From: Azolla caroliniana
Taxonomy: Eukaryota; Plantae; Polypodiophyta
Direction: 5' to 3'
Assembly (NCBI GenBank): GCA_043228905.1
Contig: JBHGNT010000010.1
Coordinates: forward strand, 558,001 to 622,000
Length of the DNA: 64,000 bases
In this document: in pieces, positions 25,601-39,649 of the stretch
Position numbering within the stretch: the stretch's first letter is position 1
How the letters are laid out: each line of letters opens with the position of its first letter
Translations under genes and position numbers: made by a program
The notes under the pieces: model-generated
What the model saw: only the letters and a program-made list of their open reading frames with translations
Told to the model about the DNA's origin: nothing
Databases searched by the model: none

Positions 25601-28600
25601 TCCGATATCACACGAGCCAGGTATGAACATTGTAATTTAGTCACGCGCTCTTCTCAACTCCCTCCTCAAATTTGGTAATTTCTGCATGTTTCTCGACCTG
25701 AGTTTCAAAATCTCACATGTTTAAACATCGATTTCAAAATCTCACATGTTTCTCGACCTGAGTTTCAAATTTGGTAATTTCTGCATCGATTCACATGTTT
25801 AAACACTAAAATCCGGGATCACACGAGCCAGGTATGAACATTTTAATTTAGTCACGCGCTCTTCTCAACTCCCTCGTCAAATTTGGTAATTTCTTCATGT
25901 CTCTCGACCTAAGTTTTAAAATCTAGATTTTTTAATTCCATATCATAGGTAGCGTTGTTAGCTTCGATTCGCATGTTTGAACACAGAAATCCGGGATCAC
26001 ACGAGCCATGTATGAACATTTTAATTTACTCTTGCGCTCTTCTCAACTCCCTCTTCTAACTTGGTAATTTCTTCATTTCTCTCGACCTGAGTTTCGAAAT
26101 CTTGATTTTTTAATTCCATATCATAGCTAGTGTTGTTAGCTTCGATTCACATGTTTACACACTAAAATCCGGGATCACACGAGCCAGGTATGAACATTTT
26201 AATTTAGTCACGCGCTCTTCTCAACTCCCTCGTCAAATTTGGTAATTTCTTCATGTCTCTCGACCTGAGTTTCAAAATCTTGATTTTTTAATTCTATATC
26301 ATAGCTAGTGTTGTTAGCTTCTATTCGCATCTTTGAACACAAAAATCTCCTATCACACGAGCCAGGTATGAAAATTTTAAATTAGTCACGGGCTCTTCTC
26401 AACTCCCTCTTCTAACTTGGTAATTTCTTCATGTCTCTCGACCTGAGTTTCGAAATCTTGATTTTTTAATTCCATATCATAGCTAGTGTTGTTAGCTTCG
26501 ATTCACATGTTTAAACACTAAAATCCGGGATCACACGAGCCAGGTATAAACATTTTAATTTAGTCACGCGCTCTTCTCAACTCCCTCCTCGAATTTGGTA
26601 ATGTCTTCATGTCTCTCGACTTGAGTTTCAAAATCTTGATTTTTTAATTCCATATCATAGGTAGCGTTGCTAGTTTCGATTCCCATGTTTGAACACAAAA
26701 ATCCGATATTACACGAGCCAGGTATGAAAATTTTAAATTAGTCACGCGCTCTTCTCAACTCCCTCCTCGAATTTGGTAATTTCTTCATGTCTCGTGACCT
26801 GAGTTTCAAAATCATGATTTTTTAATTCTATATCATAGCTAGTGTTGTTAGCTTCAATTCGCATGTTTTAACACAAAAATCAGGGATCACACGAGCCAGG
26901 TATGAACATTTGAATTTAGTCATGCGCTCTTCTAAACTCCCTCCTCAAATTTGGTAATTTCTTCATGTCTCTCGACCTGAGTTTTAAAATCTTGATTTTT
27001 TAATTCCATATCATAGGTAGCGTTGTTAGCTTCGATTCGCATGTTTGAACACAGAAATCCGGGATCACACGAGCCAGGTATGAACATTTTAATTTACTCA
27101 CGGGATCTTCTCAACTCCCTCTTCTAACTTCTCAATTTCTTCATGTCTCTCGAACTGAGTTTCAAAATCTCGATTTTTTTATTCTATATCATAGGTAATG
27201 TTGTTAGCTTCGAATCGCATCTTTGAACACAAAAATCCAATATCACACGAGGCAGGTTTGAACATTTTAATTTACTCACGCGCTCTTCTCAACTCCCTCT
27301 TCAAATTTGGTAATTTCTTCCTGTCTCTTGACCTGAGTTTTAATATCTCGATTTCTTAATTCCATATTATAGGTAGCGTTGTTAGCTTCGATTCGCATCT
27401 TTGAACACGAAAATCTGATATCACACGAGCCAGGTATGAACATTTTAATTTACTCACGGGCTCTTCTCAACTCCCTCCTCAAATTTGGTAATTTCTGCAT
27501 GTTTCTCGACCTGAGTTTCAAAATCTCAATTTTTTAATTCTATATCATAGCTAGTGTTGTTAGCTTCAATTCGCATGTTTTAACACAAAAATCAGGGATC
27601 ACACGAGCCAGGTATGAACATTTTAATTTACTCACGCGCTCTTCTCAACTCCCTCTTCAAATTTGGTAATTTCTTGATGTCTCTCGACCTGAGTTTCAAA
27701 ATTTCTATTTCTTAATTCCATATTATAGGTAGCGTTGTTAGCTTTGAATCGCATCTTTGAACACAGAAATCCAATATCACACGAGCCAGGTATGAACATT
27801 TTAATTTACTCACGCGCTCTTCTCAACTCCCTCTTCAAATTTGGTAATTTCTTCATGTCTCTCGACCTGAGTTTCAAAATCTCGATTTTTTAATTCCATA
27901 GTATAGGTAGTGTTGTTAGCTTCGATTCGCATCTTTGAACACAAAAATCCAATATCACACGAGCCAGGTATGAACATTTTAATTTCTTCATGTCTCTCGA
28001 CCTGAGTTTCAAAATCTCGATTTTTTAATTCCATATCATAGGTAGCATTGTTAGCTTCGAATCGCATGTTTGAACAGAAAAATCCGATATTACATGGGCC
28101 AGGAATGAACATTTTAATTTACTCACGGGCTCTTCTCAACTCCCTGTTCTAACTTGCCAATTTCTTCATGTCTCTCGAATTGAGTTTCAAAATCTTGATG
28201 TTTTTATTCTATATCATAGCTCGTGTTGTTAGCTTCGATTCGCATTTTTGAACACAAAAATCTTGTCTCACACGAGCCAGGTATGAAAATTTTAAATTAG
28301 TCACGGGCTCTTCTCAACTCCCTCCTCAAATTTGGTAATTTCTTCATGTCTCTCGACCTGAGTTTCAAAATCTTGATTTTTGAATTCCATATCATAGGTA
28401 GCGTTTTTAGCTTCGATTCGCATGTTTGAACACTGAAATCCGGGATCACACGAGCCAGGTATGAACATTTTAATTTAGTCACGCGCTCTTCTCAACTCCC
28501 TCCTCGAATTTGGTAATTTCTTCATGTCTCGTGACCTGAGTTTCAAAATCATGATTTTTTAATTCTATATCATAGCTAGTGTTGTTAGCTTCAATTCGCA

Positions 28601-31600
28601 TGTTTTAACACAAAACTCAGGGATCACACGAGCCAGGTATGAACATTTGAATTTAGTCACGCGCTCTTCTAAACTCCCTCCTCAAATTTGGTAATTTCTT
28701 CATGTCTCTCGACCTGAGTTTTAAAATCTTGATTTTTTAAGTCCATATCACAGGTAACGTTGTTAGCTTCGATTCCCATGTTTGAACACAGAAATCCGGG
28801 ATCACACGAGCCTTGTATGAACATTTTAATTTACTCACGCGCTCTTCTCAACTCCCTCTTCTAACTTGGTAATTTCTTCATGTCTCTCGACCTGAGTTTC
28901 GAAATCTTGATTTTTTAATTCCATATCATAGCTAGTGTTGTTAGCTTCGATTCACATGTTTAAACACTAAAATCCGGGATCACACGAGCCAGGTATGAAC
29001 ATTTTAATTTAGTCACGCGCTCTTCTCAACTCCCTCGTCAAATTTCGTAATTTCTGCATGTCTCTCGACCTGAGTTTCAAAATCTTGATTTTTTAATTCT
29101 ATATCATAGCTAGTGTTGTTAGCTTCGATTCGCATCTTTGAACACAAAAATCTCGTATCACAAGAGCCAGGTATGAAAATTTTAAATTAGTCACGGGCTC
29201 TTCTCAACTCCCTCTTCTAACTTGGTAATTTCTTCATGTCTCTCGACCTGAGTTTCGAAATCTTGATTTTTTAATTCCATATCATAGCTAGTGTTGTTAG
29301 CTTCGATTCACATGTTTAAACACTAAAATCCGGGATCACACGAGCCAGGTATGAACATTTTAAATTACTCACGCGCTCTTCTCAACTCCCTCGTCAAATT
29401 TGGTAATTTCTTCATGTCTCTCGACCTGAGTTTCAGAATCTCGATTTTTTAACTCCATATTATAGGTAGCGTTGTTAGCTTCGATTCGCATGTTTTAACA
29501 CAAAAATCTGGTATCACACGAGCCAGGTATGAACATTTTAATTTAGTCACGCGCTCTTCTCAACTCCCTCCTCGAATTTGGTAATTTCTTCATGTCTCTC
29601 GACTTGAGTTTCAAAATCTTGATTTTTTAATTCCATATCATAGGTAGTGTTGTTAGTTTCGATTCCCATGTTTGAACACAAAAATCCGATATTACACGAG
29701 CCAGGTATGAACATTTTAATTTACTCACGCGCTCTTCTGAACTCCCTCCTCAAATTTGGTAATTTCTTCATGTCTCTCGACCTGAGTTTCAAAATATTCT
29801 TTTTTTAATTCTATGTCTTAGGTAGCGTTGTTAGCTTCGAATCGCAAGTTTGAACACAAAAAACCGAGATCACACGAGCCAGGTATGAACATTTTAATTT
29901 ACTCACGCGCTCTTCTCAACTCCCTCCTCAATTTTGGTAATTTCTTCATTTCTCTCGACCTGAGTTTCAAAATCTTGCTTTCTTTATTGTATATCTTAGG
30001 TAGCGTTGTTAGCTTCGAATCGCAAGTTTGAACACCAAAAACCGAGATCACACGAGCCAGGTATGAACATTTTAATTTACTCACGTGCTCCTCTCAACTC
30101 CCTCCTCAAATTTGGTAATTTCTTCATGTCTCTCGACCTGAGTTTCAAAATCTCGATTTTTTAACTCCATATTATAGGTAGCGTTGTTAGCTTCGATTCG
30201 CATCTTTGAACACTAAAATCCTAGATCAGATGGGCCAGGTATGAACATTTTAATTTACTCACGGGCTCTTCTCAACTCCCTCTTCTAACTTGTTAATTTC
30301 TTCATGTCTCTCGACCTGAGTTTCAAAATCTTGATTTTTTAATTCCATATCATAGGTAGCGTTGTTAGCTTCGATTCGCATCTTTGAACACAAAAATCTG
30401 GTATCACACGAGCCAGGTATGAATATTTTAAATTAGTCACGCGCTCTTCTCAACTCCCTCCTCGAATTTGGTAATTTCTTCATGTCTCGTGACCTGAGTT
30501 TCAAAATCATGATTTTTTAATTCTATATCATAGCTAGTGTTGTTAGCGTCAATTTGCATGTTTTAATACAAAAATCAGGGATCACACGAGCCAGGTATGA
30601 ACATTTGAATTTAGTCACACGCTCTTCTAAACTCCTTCCTCAAATTTGGTAATTTCTTCATGTCTCTCGACCTGAGTTTTAAAATCTTGATTTTTTAATT
30701 CCATATTATAGGTAGCTTTGTTACCTTCGATTCGCATCTTTGAACACTAAAATCCGATATCACACGAGCCAGGTATGAACATTGTAATTTAGTCACGCGC
30801 TCTTCTCAACTCCCTCCTCAAATTTGGTAATTTCTGCATGTTTCTCGACCTGAGTTTCAAAATCTCAATTTTTTAAGTCCAGATTATAGGTAGCCTTGTT
30901 ACCTTCAATTCGCATCTTTGAACACTCAAATCCGATATGACACGAGCCAGGTATGAACATTTTAATTTACTCACGGGCTCTTCTTCATGTCTCTCGACCT
31001 AAGTTTAAAAATCTTGATTTTTTTATTCTATATCATAGCTAGTGTTGTTAGCTTCGATTCGCTTCTTTGAACACAAAAATCCGGGATCACACGAGCCAGG
31101 CATGAACATTTTAATTTACTCACGGGTTCTTCTCAACTCCCTCTTCTAACTTACCAATTTCTTCATGTCTCTCGACCTGAGTTTCAAAATCTCGATTTTT
31201 TAATTCTATATTATAGGTAGCGTTGTTAACATCGATTCGCATCTTTGAACACTAAAATCCGATATCACACGGGCCAGGTATGAACATTTTAATTTACTCA
31301 CGGGCTCTTCTCAACTCCCTCTTCTAACTTGCCAATTTCTTCATGTCTCTCGACCTGAGTTTCAAAATCTCGATTTGTTAATTCCATATCATAGGTAGCA
31401 TTGTTAGCTTCAAATCCCATGTTTGAACAGAAAAATCCGATATCACATGGGCCAGGAATGAACATTTTAATTTACTCATGGGCTCTTCTAAAATCCCTGT
31501 TCTAACTTGCCAATTTCTTCATGTCCCTCGACCTGAGCTTCAAAATCTTGATTTTTTTATTCTATATCATAGCTAGTGTTTTTAGCTTCGATTCGCATCT

Positions 31601-34019
31601 TTGAACAAAAAAATCCGGGATCACACGAGCAAGGCATGAACATTTTAATTTACTCACGGGCTCTTCTCAACTCCCTCTTCTAACTTACCAATTTCTTCAT
31701 GTGTCTCGACCTGAGTTTCAAAATCTTGATTTTTTAATTCTATATCATAGCTAGTGTTTTTAGCTTCGATTCGCATCTTTGAACACAAAAATCTGGGATC
31801 ACACGAGCCAGGTATGAACATTTTAATTTACTCACGGGCTCTTCTCAACTCCCTCTTCTAACTTGCCAATTTCTTCATGTCTCTCGAACTGAGTTTCAAA
31901 ATCTCGATTTTTTTTTTCTATATCATAGCTAATGTTGTTAGCTTCGAATCGCATCTTTGAACACAAAAATCCAATATCACACGAGCCAGGTTTGAACATT
32001 TTAATTTACTCACGCGCTCTTCTCAACTCCCTCCTCAAATTTGGTAATTTCTGCATGTCTCTCGACCTGAGTTTCAAAATCTCGATTTCTTAATTCCATA
32101 TTATAGGTAGCGTTGTAAGCTTCGAATCGCATCTTTGAACACAAAAATCCAATATCACACGAGCCAGGTATGAACATTTTAATTTACTTACGCGCTCTTC
32201 TAACCTCCCTCTTCAAATTTGGTAATTTCTTCATGTCTCTCGACCTGAGTTTTAAAATCTCGATTTTTTAATTCCATATTATAGGTAGCGTTGTTAGCTT
32301 CGATTCGCATCTTTGAACACAAAAATCCGATATCACACGAGCCAGGTATGAACATTTTAATTTAGTCACGCGCTCGAATTCAACTCCCTCTTCTAACTTG
32401 CCAATTTCTTCATGTCTCTCGAACTGAGTTTCAAAATCTTGATTTTTTTATTCTATATCATAGCTAGTGTTGTTAGCTTAGAACACAAAAATCTTAGAAC
32501 ACAAAAATCCGGGATGACACGAACCAGGTATGAACATTTTAAATTACTCACGCGCTCTTCTCAACTCCCTCGTCAAATTTGGTAATTTCTTCATGTCTCT
32601 CGACCTGAGTTTCAGAATCTCGATTTTTTAACTCCATATTATAGGTAGCGTTGTTAGCTTCGATTCGCATCTTTGAACACTAAAATCCGAGATCACATGG
32701 GCCAGGAATGAAAATTTTAATTTACTCACGGGCTCTTCTCAACTCCCTCCTCAAATTTGGTAATTTCTTCATGTCTCTTGACGTGAGTTTCAAAATCTCG
32801 ATTTTTTAATTCCATATCATAGGTAGCGTTTTTAGTTTCGATTCCCATGTTTGAACACAAAAATCCGATATTACACGAGACAGGTATGAACATTTTAATT
32901 TACTCACGCGCTCTTCTCAACTCCCTCCTCAAATTTGATAATTCCTTCATGTCTCTCGACCTGAGTTTCAAAATCTGGATTTTTTAATTCCATATCATAG
33001 GTAGCGTTGTTAGTTTCGATTCCCATGTTTGAACACAAAAATCCGATATTACACGAGCCAGGTATGAACATTTTAATTTACTCACGCGCTCTTCTCAAAC
33101 CCTCTTCAAATTTGGTAATTTCTTTATGTCTCTCGACCTGAGTTTCAAAATCTCGATTTTTTAATTCCATATAATAAGTAGCGTTGTCAGTTTCGAATCC
33201 AATGTTTGAACACAGAAATCCGATATCACACAAGCCAGGTATGCACATTTTAATTTACTCACGCGCTCCTCTCAACTCCCTCTTCAAATTTGGTAATTAC
33301 ATCATGTCTCTTGACCTGAATTTCAAAATTTCTATTTCTTAATTCCACAATATAGGTAGCGTTGTTATCTTCGAATCGCATGTTTGAACACAAAAATCCG
33401 ATATCACACGAGCCAGGTATGAACATTTTAATTTACTCACGCGCTCTTCTCAACTCCCTCAAATTTGGTAATTTCTTCATGTCTTTCGACCTGAGTTTCA
33501 AAATTTCTATTTCTTAATTCCATATTATAGGTAGCGTTGTTAGCTTCGAATCGCATCTTTGAACACAAAAATCCAATATCACACGAGCCAGGTATGAACA
33601 TTTTAATTTACTCACGCGCTCTTCTCAACTCCCTCTTCTAACTTGCCAATTTCTTCATGTCTCTCGACCTGAGTTTCAAAATCTCGATTTTTTAATTCCA
33701 TATTATATGTAGCGTTGTTAGCTTCGATTCGCATGTTTGAACACTAAAATCCGAGATCACATGGGCCAGGTATGAACATTTTAATATACTCACCGGCTCT
33801 TCTCAACTCCCTCCTCAAATTTGGTAATTTCTTCATGTCTCTTGACGTGAGTTTCAAAATCTAGATTTTTTAATTCCATATCATAGGTAGCGTTGTTAGT
33901 TTCGATTCCCATGTTTGAACACAAAAATCCGATATTACACGAGCCAGTTATGAACATTTTAATTTACTCACGCGCTGTTCTCAACTCCCTCCTCAATTTT
34001 GGTAATTTCTTCATGTCTC

Positions 34020-34740
34020 TCGACGTGAGTTTCAAAATCTTGATTTTTTAATTCTATATCATAGCTAGCATTGTTAACTTCGATTCGCATCTTTGAACAC
34101 AAAAATCCGGGATCACACGAGCCAGGTATGAACATTTTAATTTACTCACGCGCTCTTCTCAACTCCCTCTTCTAACTTGCCAATTTCTTCATGTCTCTCG
34201 ACCTGAGTTTCAAAATCTCGATTTTTTAATTCCATATTATATGTAGCGTTGTTAGCTTCGATTCGCATCTTTGAACACAAAAATCCGATATCACACGAGC
34301 CAGGCATGAACATTTTAATTTACTCACGGGCTCTTCTCAACTCCCTCCTCGAATTTGGTAATTTCTTCATGTCTCTCGACCTGAGTTTCAAAATCTTGAT
34401 TTTTTAATTCTATATCATAGCTAGCATTGTTAACTTCGATTCGCATCTTTGAACACAAAAATCCGGGATCACACGAGCCAGGTATGAACATTTTAATTTA
34501 CTCACGCGCTCTTCTCAACTCCCTCTTCTAACTTGCCAATTTCTTCATGTCTCTCGACCTGAGTTTCAAAATCTCGATTTTTTAATTCCATATTATATGT
34601 AGCGTTGTTAGCTTCGATTCGCATCTTTGAACACAAAAATCCGATATCACACGAGCCAGGCATGAACATTTTAATTTACTCACGGGCTCTTCTCAACTCC
34701 CTCCTCGAATTTGGTAATTTCTTCATGTCTCTCGACCTGA
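34020..34740. repeat. Dimer (356 bp) tandem duplication
   Basis: tagcattgttaacttcg occurs at ~34066 and ~34422. tatatgtagcg and caggcatg are repeated at the same spacing. Confidence 0.85.
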
Positions 34741-37700
34741 GTTTCAAAATCTTGAATTTTTAATTCCATATCATAGGTAGTGTTGTTAGCTTCGAATCGC
34801 ATGTTTGAACACAAAAATCAGATATCACACGAGCCAGGTATGAACATTTTAATTTACTCACGCACTCTTCTCAACTCCCCCTTCTAACTTGCCAATTTCT
34901 TCATGTCTCTCGACTTGAGTTTCAAAATCTCGATTTTTTAATTCCATATTATATGTAGCGTTGTTAGCTTCGATTCGCATCTTTGACCACTAAAATACGA
35001 TATCACATGGGCCAGGTATGAAAATTTTAATTTACTCACCGGCTCTTCTCAACTCCCTCCTCAAATTTGGTAATTTCATGTCTCTAGACATGAGTTTCAA
35101 AATCTGGATTTTTTGATTCTATATCATAGCTAGTGTTGTTAGCTTCGATTTGCATGTTTTAACACAAAAATCCGGGATCACACGAGCCAGGTATGAACAT
35201 TTTAATTTACTCACGGGCTCTTCTCAACTCCCTCTTCTAACTTGCCAATTTCTTCATGTCTCTCGACCTGAGTTTCAAAATCTTGATTTTTTTATTCTAT
35301 ATCATAGCTAGTGTTGTTAGCTTCGATTCGCATCTTTGAATACAAAAATCCGGGATCACACGAGCCAGGCATGAACATTTTAATTTACTCACGGGCTCTT
35401 CTCAACTCCCTCTTCTAACTTACCAATTTCTTCATGTCTCTCGACTTGAGTTTCAAAATCTTGATTTTTTTATTCTATATCATAGCTAGTGTTGTTAGCT
35501 TAGAACACAAAAATCTTAGAACACAAAAATCCGGGATGACACGAACCAGGTATGAACATTTTAAATTACTCACGCGCTCTTCTCAACTCCCTCGTCAAAT
35601 TTGGTAATTTCTTCATGTCTCTCGACCTGAGTTTCAGAATCTCGATTTTTTAACTCCATATTATAGGTAGCGTTGTTAGCTTCGATTCGCATCTTTGAAC
35701 ACTAAAATCCGAGATCACATGGGCCAGGAATGAAAATTTTAATTTACTCACGGGCTCTTCTCAACTCCCTCCTCAAATTTGGTAATTTCATGTCTCTAGA
35801 CATGAGTTTCAAAATCTGGATTTTTTGATTCTATATCATAGCTAGTGTTGTTAGCTTCGATTTGCATGTTTTAACACAAAAATCCGGGATCACACGGGCC
35901 AGGTATGAACATTTTAATTTACTCACGGGCTCTTCTCAACTTCCACTTCAAATTTGGTAATTTCTTCATGTCTCTCGACCTGAGTTTCAAAATCTCGGTT
36001 TTTTAATTCCATATCATAGGTAGCGTTGTTATCTTCGAATGACATGTTTGGACACAAAAATCCGGGATCACACGAACCATGTATGAACATTTTAATTTAC
36101 TCACGCGCTCTTCTCAACTCCCTCCTCAAATTTGGTAATTTCTGCATGTCTCTCGACCTGAGTTGCAAAATCTGGATTTTTTAATTCTATATCTTAGGTA
36201 GCGTTGTTAGCTTCGAATCGCATGTTTGAACACAAAAATCCGAGATCACACGAGCCAGGTATGAACATTTTAATTTACTCACGCGCTCTTCTCAACTCCC
36301 TCTTCAAATTTGGTAATTTCTTTATGTCTCTCGACCTGAGTTTCAAAATCTCGATTTTTTAATTCCATATTATAGGTAGCGTTGTTAGCTTCGATTCGCA
36401 TCTTTGAACACAAAAATCCGATATCACACGAGCCAGGTATGAACATTTTAATTTAGTCACGCGCTCTTCTCAACTCCCTCCTCGAATTTGGTAATTTCTT
36501 CATGTCTCTCGACCTGAGTTTCAAAATCTTGAATTTTTAATTCCATATCATAGGTAGTGTTGTTAGCTTCGAATCGCATGTTTGAACACAAAAATCCGAT
36601 ATCACACGAGCCAGGTATGAACATTTTAATTTACTCACGCACTCTTCTCAACTCCCCCTTCTAACTTGCCAATTTCTTCATGTCTCGTGACCTGAGTTTC
36701 AAAATCTCGATTTTTTAATTCCATATTATATGTAGCGTTGTTAGCTTCGATTCACATCTTTGAACACTAAAATCCGATATCACATGGGCCAGGTATGAAA
36801 ATTTTAATTTACTCACCGGCTCTTCTCAACTCCCTCCTCAAATTTGGTAATTTCATGTCTCTAGACATGAGTTTCAAAATGTGGATTTTTTGATTCTATA
36901 TCATAGCTAGTGTTGTTAGCTTCGATTTGCATGTTTTAATACAAAAATCCGGGATCACACGAGCCAGGTATGAACATTTTAATTTACCTACGCGCTCTTC
37001 TCAACTCCCTCTTCAAATTTGGTAATTTCTTCATGTCTCTCGACCTGAGTTTCAAAATCTCGGTTTTTTAATTCCATATCATAGGTAGCGTTGTTATCTT
37101 CGAATGACATGTTTGAACACAAAAATCCGGGATGACACGAACCATGTATGAACATTTTAATTTACTCACGCGCTCTTCTCAACTCCCTCCTCAAATTTGG
37201 TAATTTCTGCATGTCTCTCGACCTGAGTTTCAAAATCTCGATTTCTTAATTCCATATTATAGGTAGCGTTGTAAGCTTCGAATCGCATCTTTGAACACAA
37301 AAATCCAATATCACACGAGCCAGGTATGAACATTTTAATTTACTTACGCGCTCTTCTAACCTCCCTCTTCAAATTTGGTAATTTCTTCATGTCTCTCGAC
37401 CTGAGTTTCAAAATCTCGATTTTTTAATTCCATATTATAGGTAGCGTTGTTAGCTTCGATTCGCATCTTTGAACACAAAAATCCGATATCACACGAGCCA
37501 GGTATGAACATTTTAATTTACTCACGCGCTCGAATTCAACTCCCTCTTCTAACTTGCCAATTTCTTCATGTGTCTCGAACTGAGTTTCAAAATCTTGATT
37601 TTTTTATTCTATATCATAGCTAGTGTTGTTAGCTTAGAACACAAAAATCTTAGAACACAAAAATCTGGGATCACACGAGCCAGGTATGAACATTTTAATT

Positions 37701-39649
37701 TACTCACGCGCTCTTCTCAACTCCCTCTTCTAACTTACCAATTTCTTCATGTGTCCTGACCTGAGTTTCAAACTCTTGATTTTTTAATTCTATATCATAG
37801 CTACTGTTTTTAGCTTCGATTCGCATCTTTGAACACAAAAATCTGTGATCACACGAGCCAGGTATGAACATTTTAATTTACTCACGCGCTCTTGTCAACT
37901 CCCTCTTCAAATTTGGTAATTTCTTCCTGTCTCTCGACTTGAGTTTCAAAATCTCGATTTCTTAATTCCATATTATAGGTAGCTTTGTTACCTTCGATTC
38001 GCATCTTTGAACACTAAAATCCGATATCACACAAGCCAGGTATGAACATTGTAATTTAGTCACGCGCTCTTCTAACCTCCCTCCTCAAATTTGGTAATTT
38101 CTGCATGTTTCTCGACCTGAGTTTCAAAATCTCAATTTTTTAAGTCCAGATTATAGGTAGCCTTGTTACCTTCGATTCGCATCTTTGAACACTAAAATCC
38201 GATATGACACGGGCCAGGTATGAACATTTTAATTTACTCACGGGCTCTTCTACACTCCCTCTTCTAACTTGCGAATTTCTTCATGTCTCTCGACCTGAGT
38301 TTAAAAATCTTGATTTTTTTATTCTATATCATAGCTAGTGTTATTAGCTTCGATTTGCATCTTTGAACACAAAAATCCGGGATCACACGAGCCAGGTATG
38401 AACATTTTAATTTACTCACGCGCTCTTCTCAACTCCCTCTTCAAATTTGGTAATTTCTTCATGTCTCTCGACCTGAGTTTCAAAATTTCTATTTCTTAAT
38501 TCGATATTATAGGTAGTGTTGTTAGATTCGAATCGCATCTTTGAACACAAAAACGCAATATCACACGAGCCAGGTATGAACATTTTAATTTACTCACGCG
38601 CTCTTCTCAACTCCCTCTTCAAATTTGGTAATTTCTTCATGTCTCTCGACCTGAGTTTCAAAATCTCGATTTTTTAATTCCATAGTATAGGTAGTGTTGT
38701 TAGCTTCGATTCGCATCTTTGAACACAAAAATCTGGTATCACACGAGCCAGGTATGAAAATTTTAAATTAGTCACGGGCTCTTCTCAACTCCCTCCTCAA
38801 ATTTGGTAATTTTTTCATGTCTCTCGACCTGAGTTTCAAAATCTCGATTTTTTAATTCCATAGTATAGGTAGTGTTGTTAGCTTCGATTCGCATCTTTGA
38901 ACACAGAAGTCCGGGATCACACGAGCCAGGTATGAACATTTTAATTTCTTCATGTCTCTCGACCTGAGTTTCAAAATCTCGATTTTTTAATTCCATATCA
39001 TAGGTAGCATTGTTAGCTTCGAATCGCATGTTTGAACAGAAAAATCCGATATCACATGGGCCAGGAATGAACACAGAAATCGCATGTTTTAATTTACTCA
39101 CGGGCTCTTCTCAACTCCCTGTTCTAACTTGCCAATTTCTTCATGTCCCTCGACCTAAGTTTCAAAATCTTGATTTTTTTATTCTATATCATAGCTAATG
39201 TTGTTAGCTTCGATACGCATCTTTGAACACAAAAATCCGGGATCACACGAGCAAGCCATGAACATTTTAATTTACTCACGGGCTCTTCTCAACTCCCTCT
39301 TCAAATTTGGTAATTTCATCATGTCTCTCGACCTGAGTTTCAAAATCTTGATTTTTTAATTCTATATCATAGCTACTGTTTTTAGCTTCGATTCGCATCT
39401 TTGAACACAAAAATCTAGGATCACACGAGCCAGGTATGAACATTTTAATTTACTCACGCGCTCTTCTCAACTCCCTCCTCAAATTTAGTAATTTCTTCAT
39501 GTCTCTCGACCTGAGTTTTAAAATCTTGAATTTTTAATTCCATATCACAGGCAGTGTTGTTAGGTTCGAATCCCATGTTTGAACACAAAAATCCGATATC
39601 ACACGAGCCAGGTATAAACATTTTAATTTACTCACGCGCTCTTCTTAAC

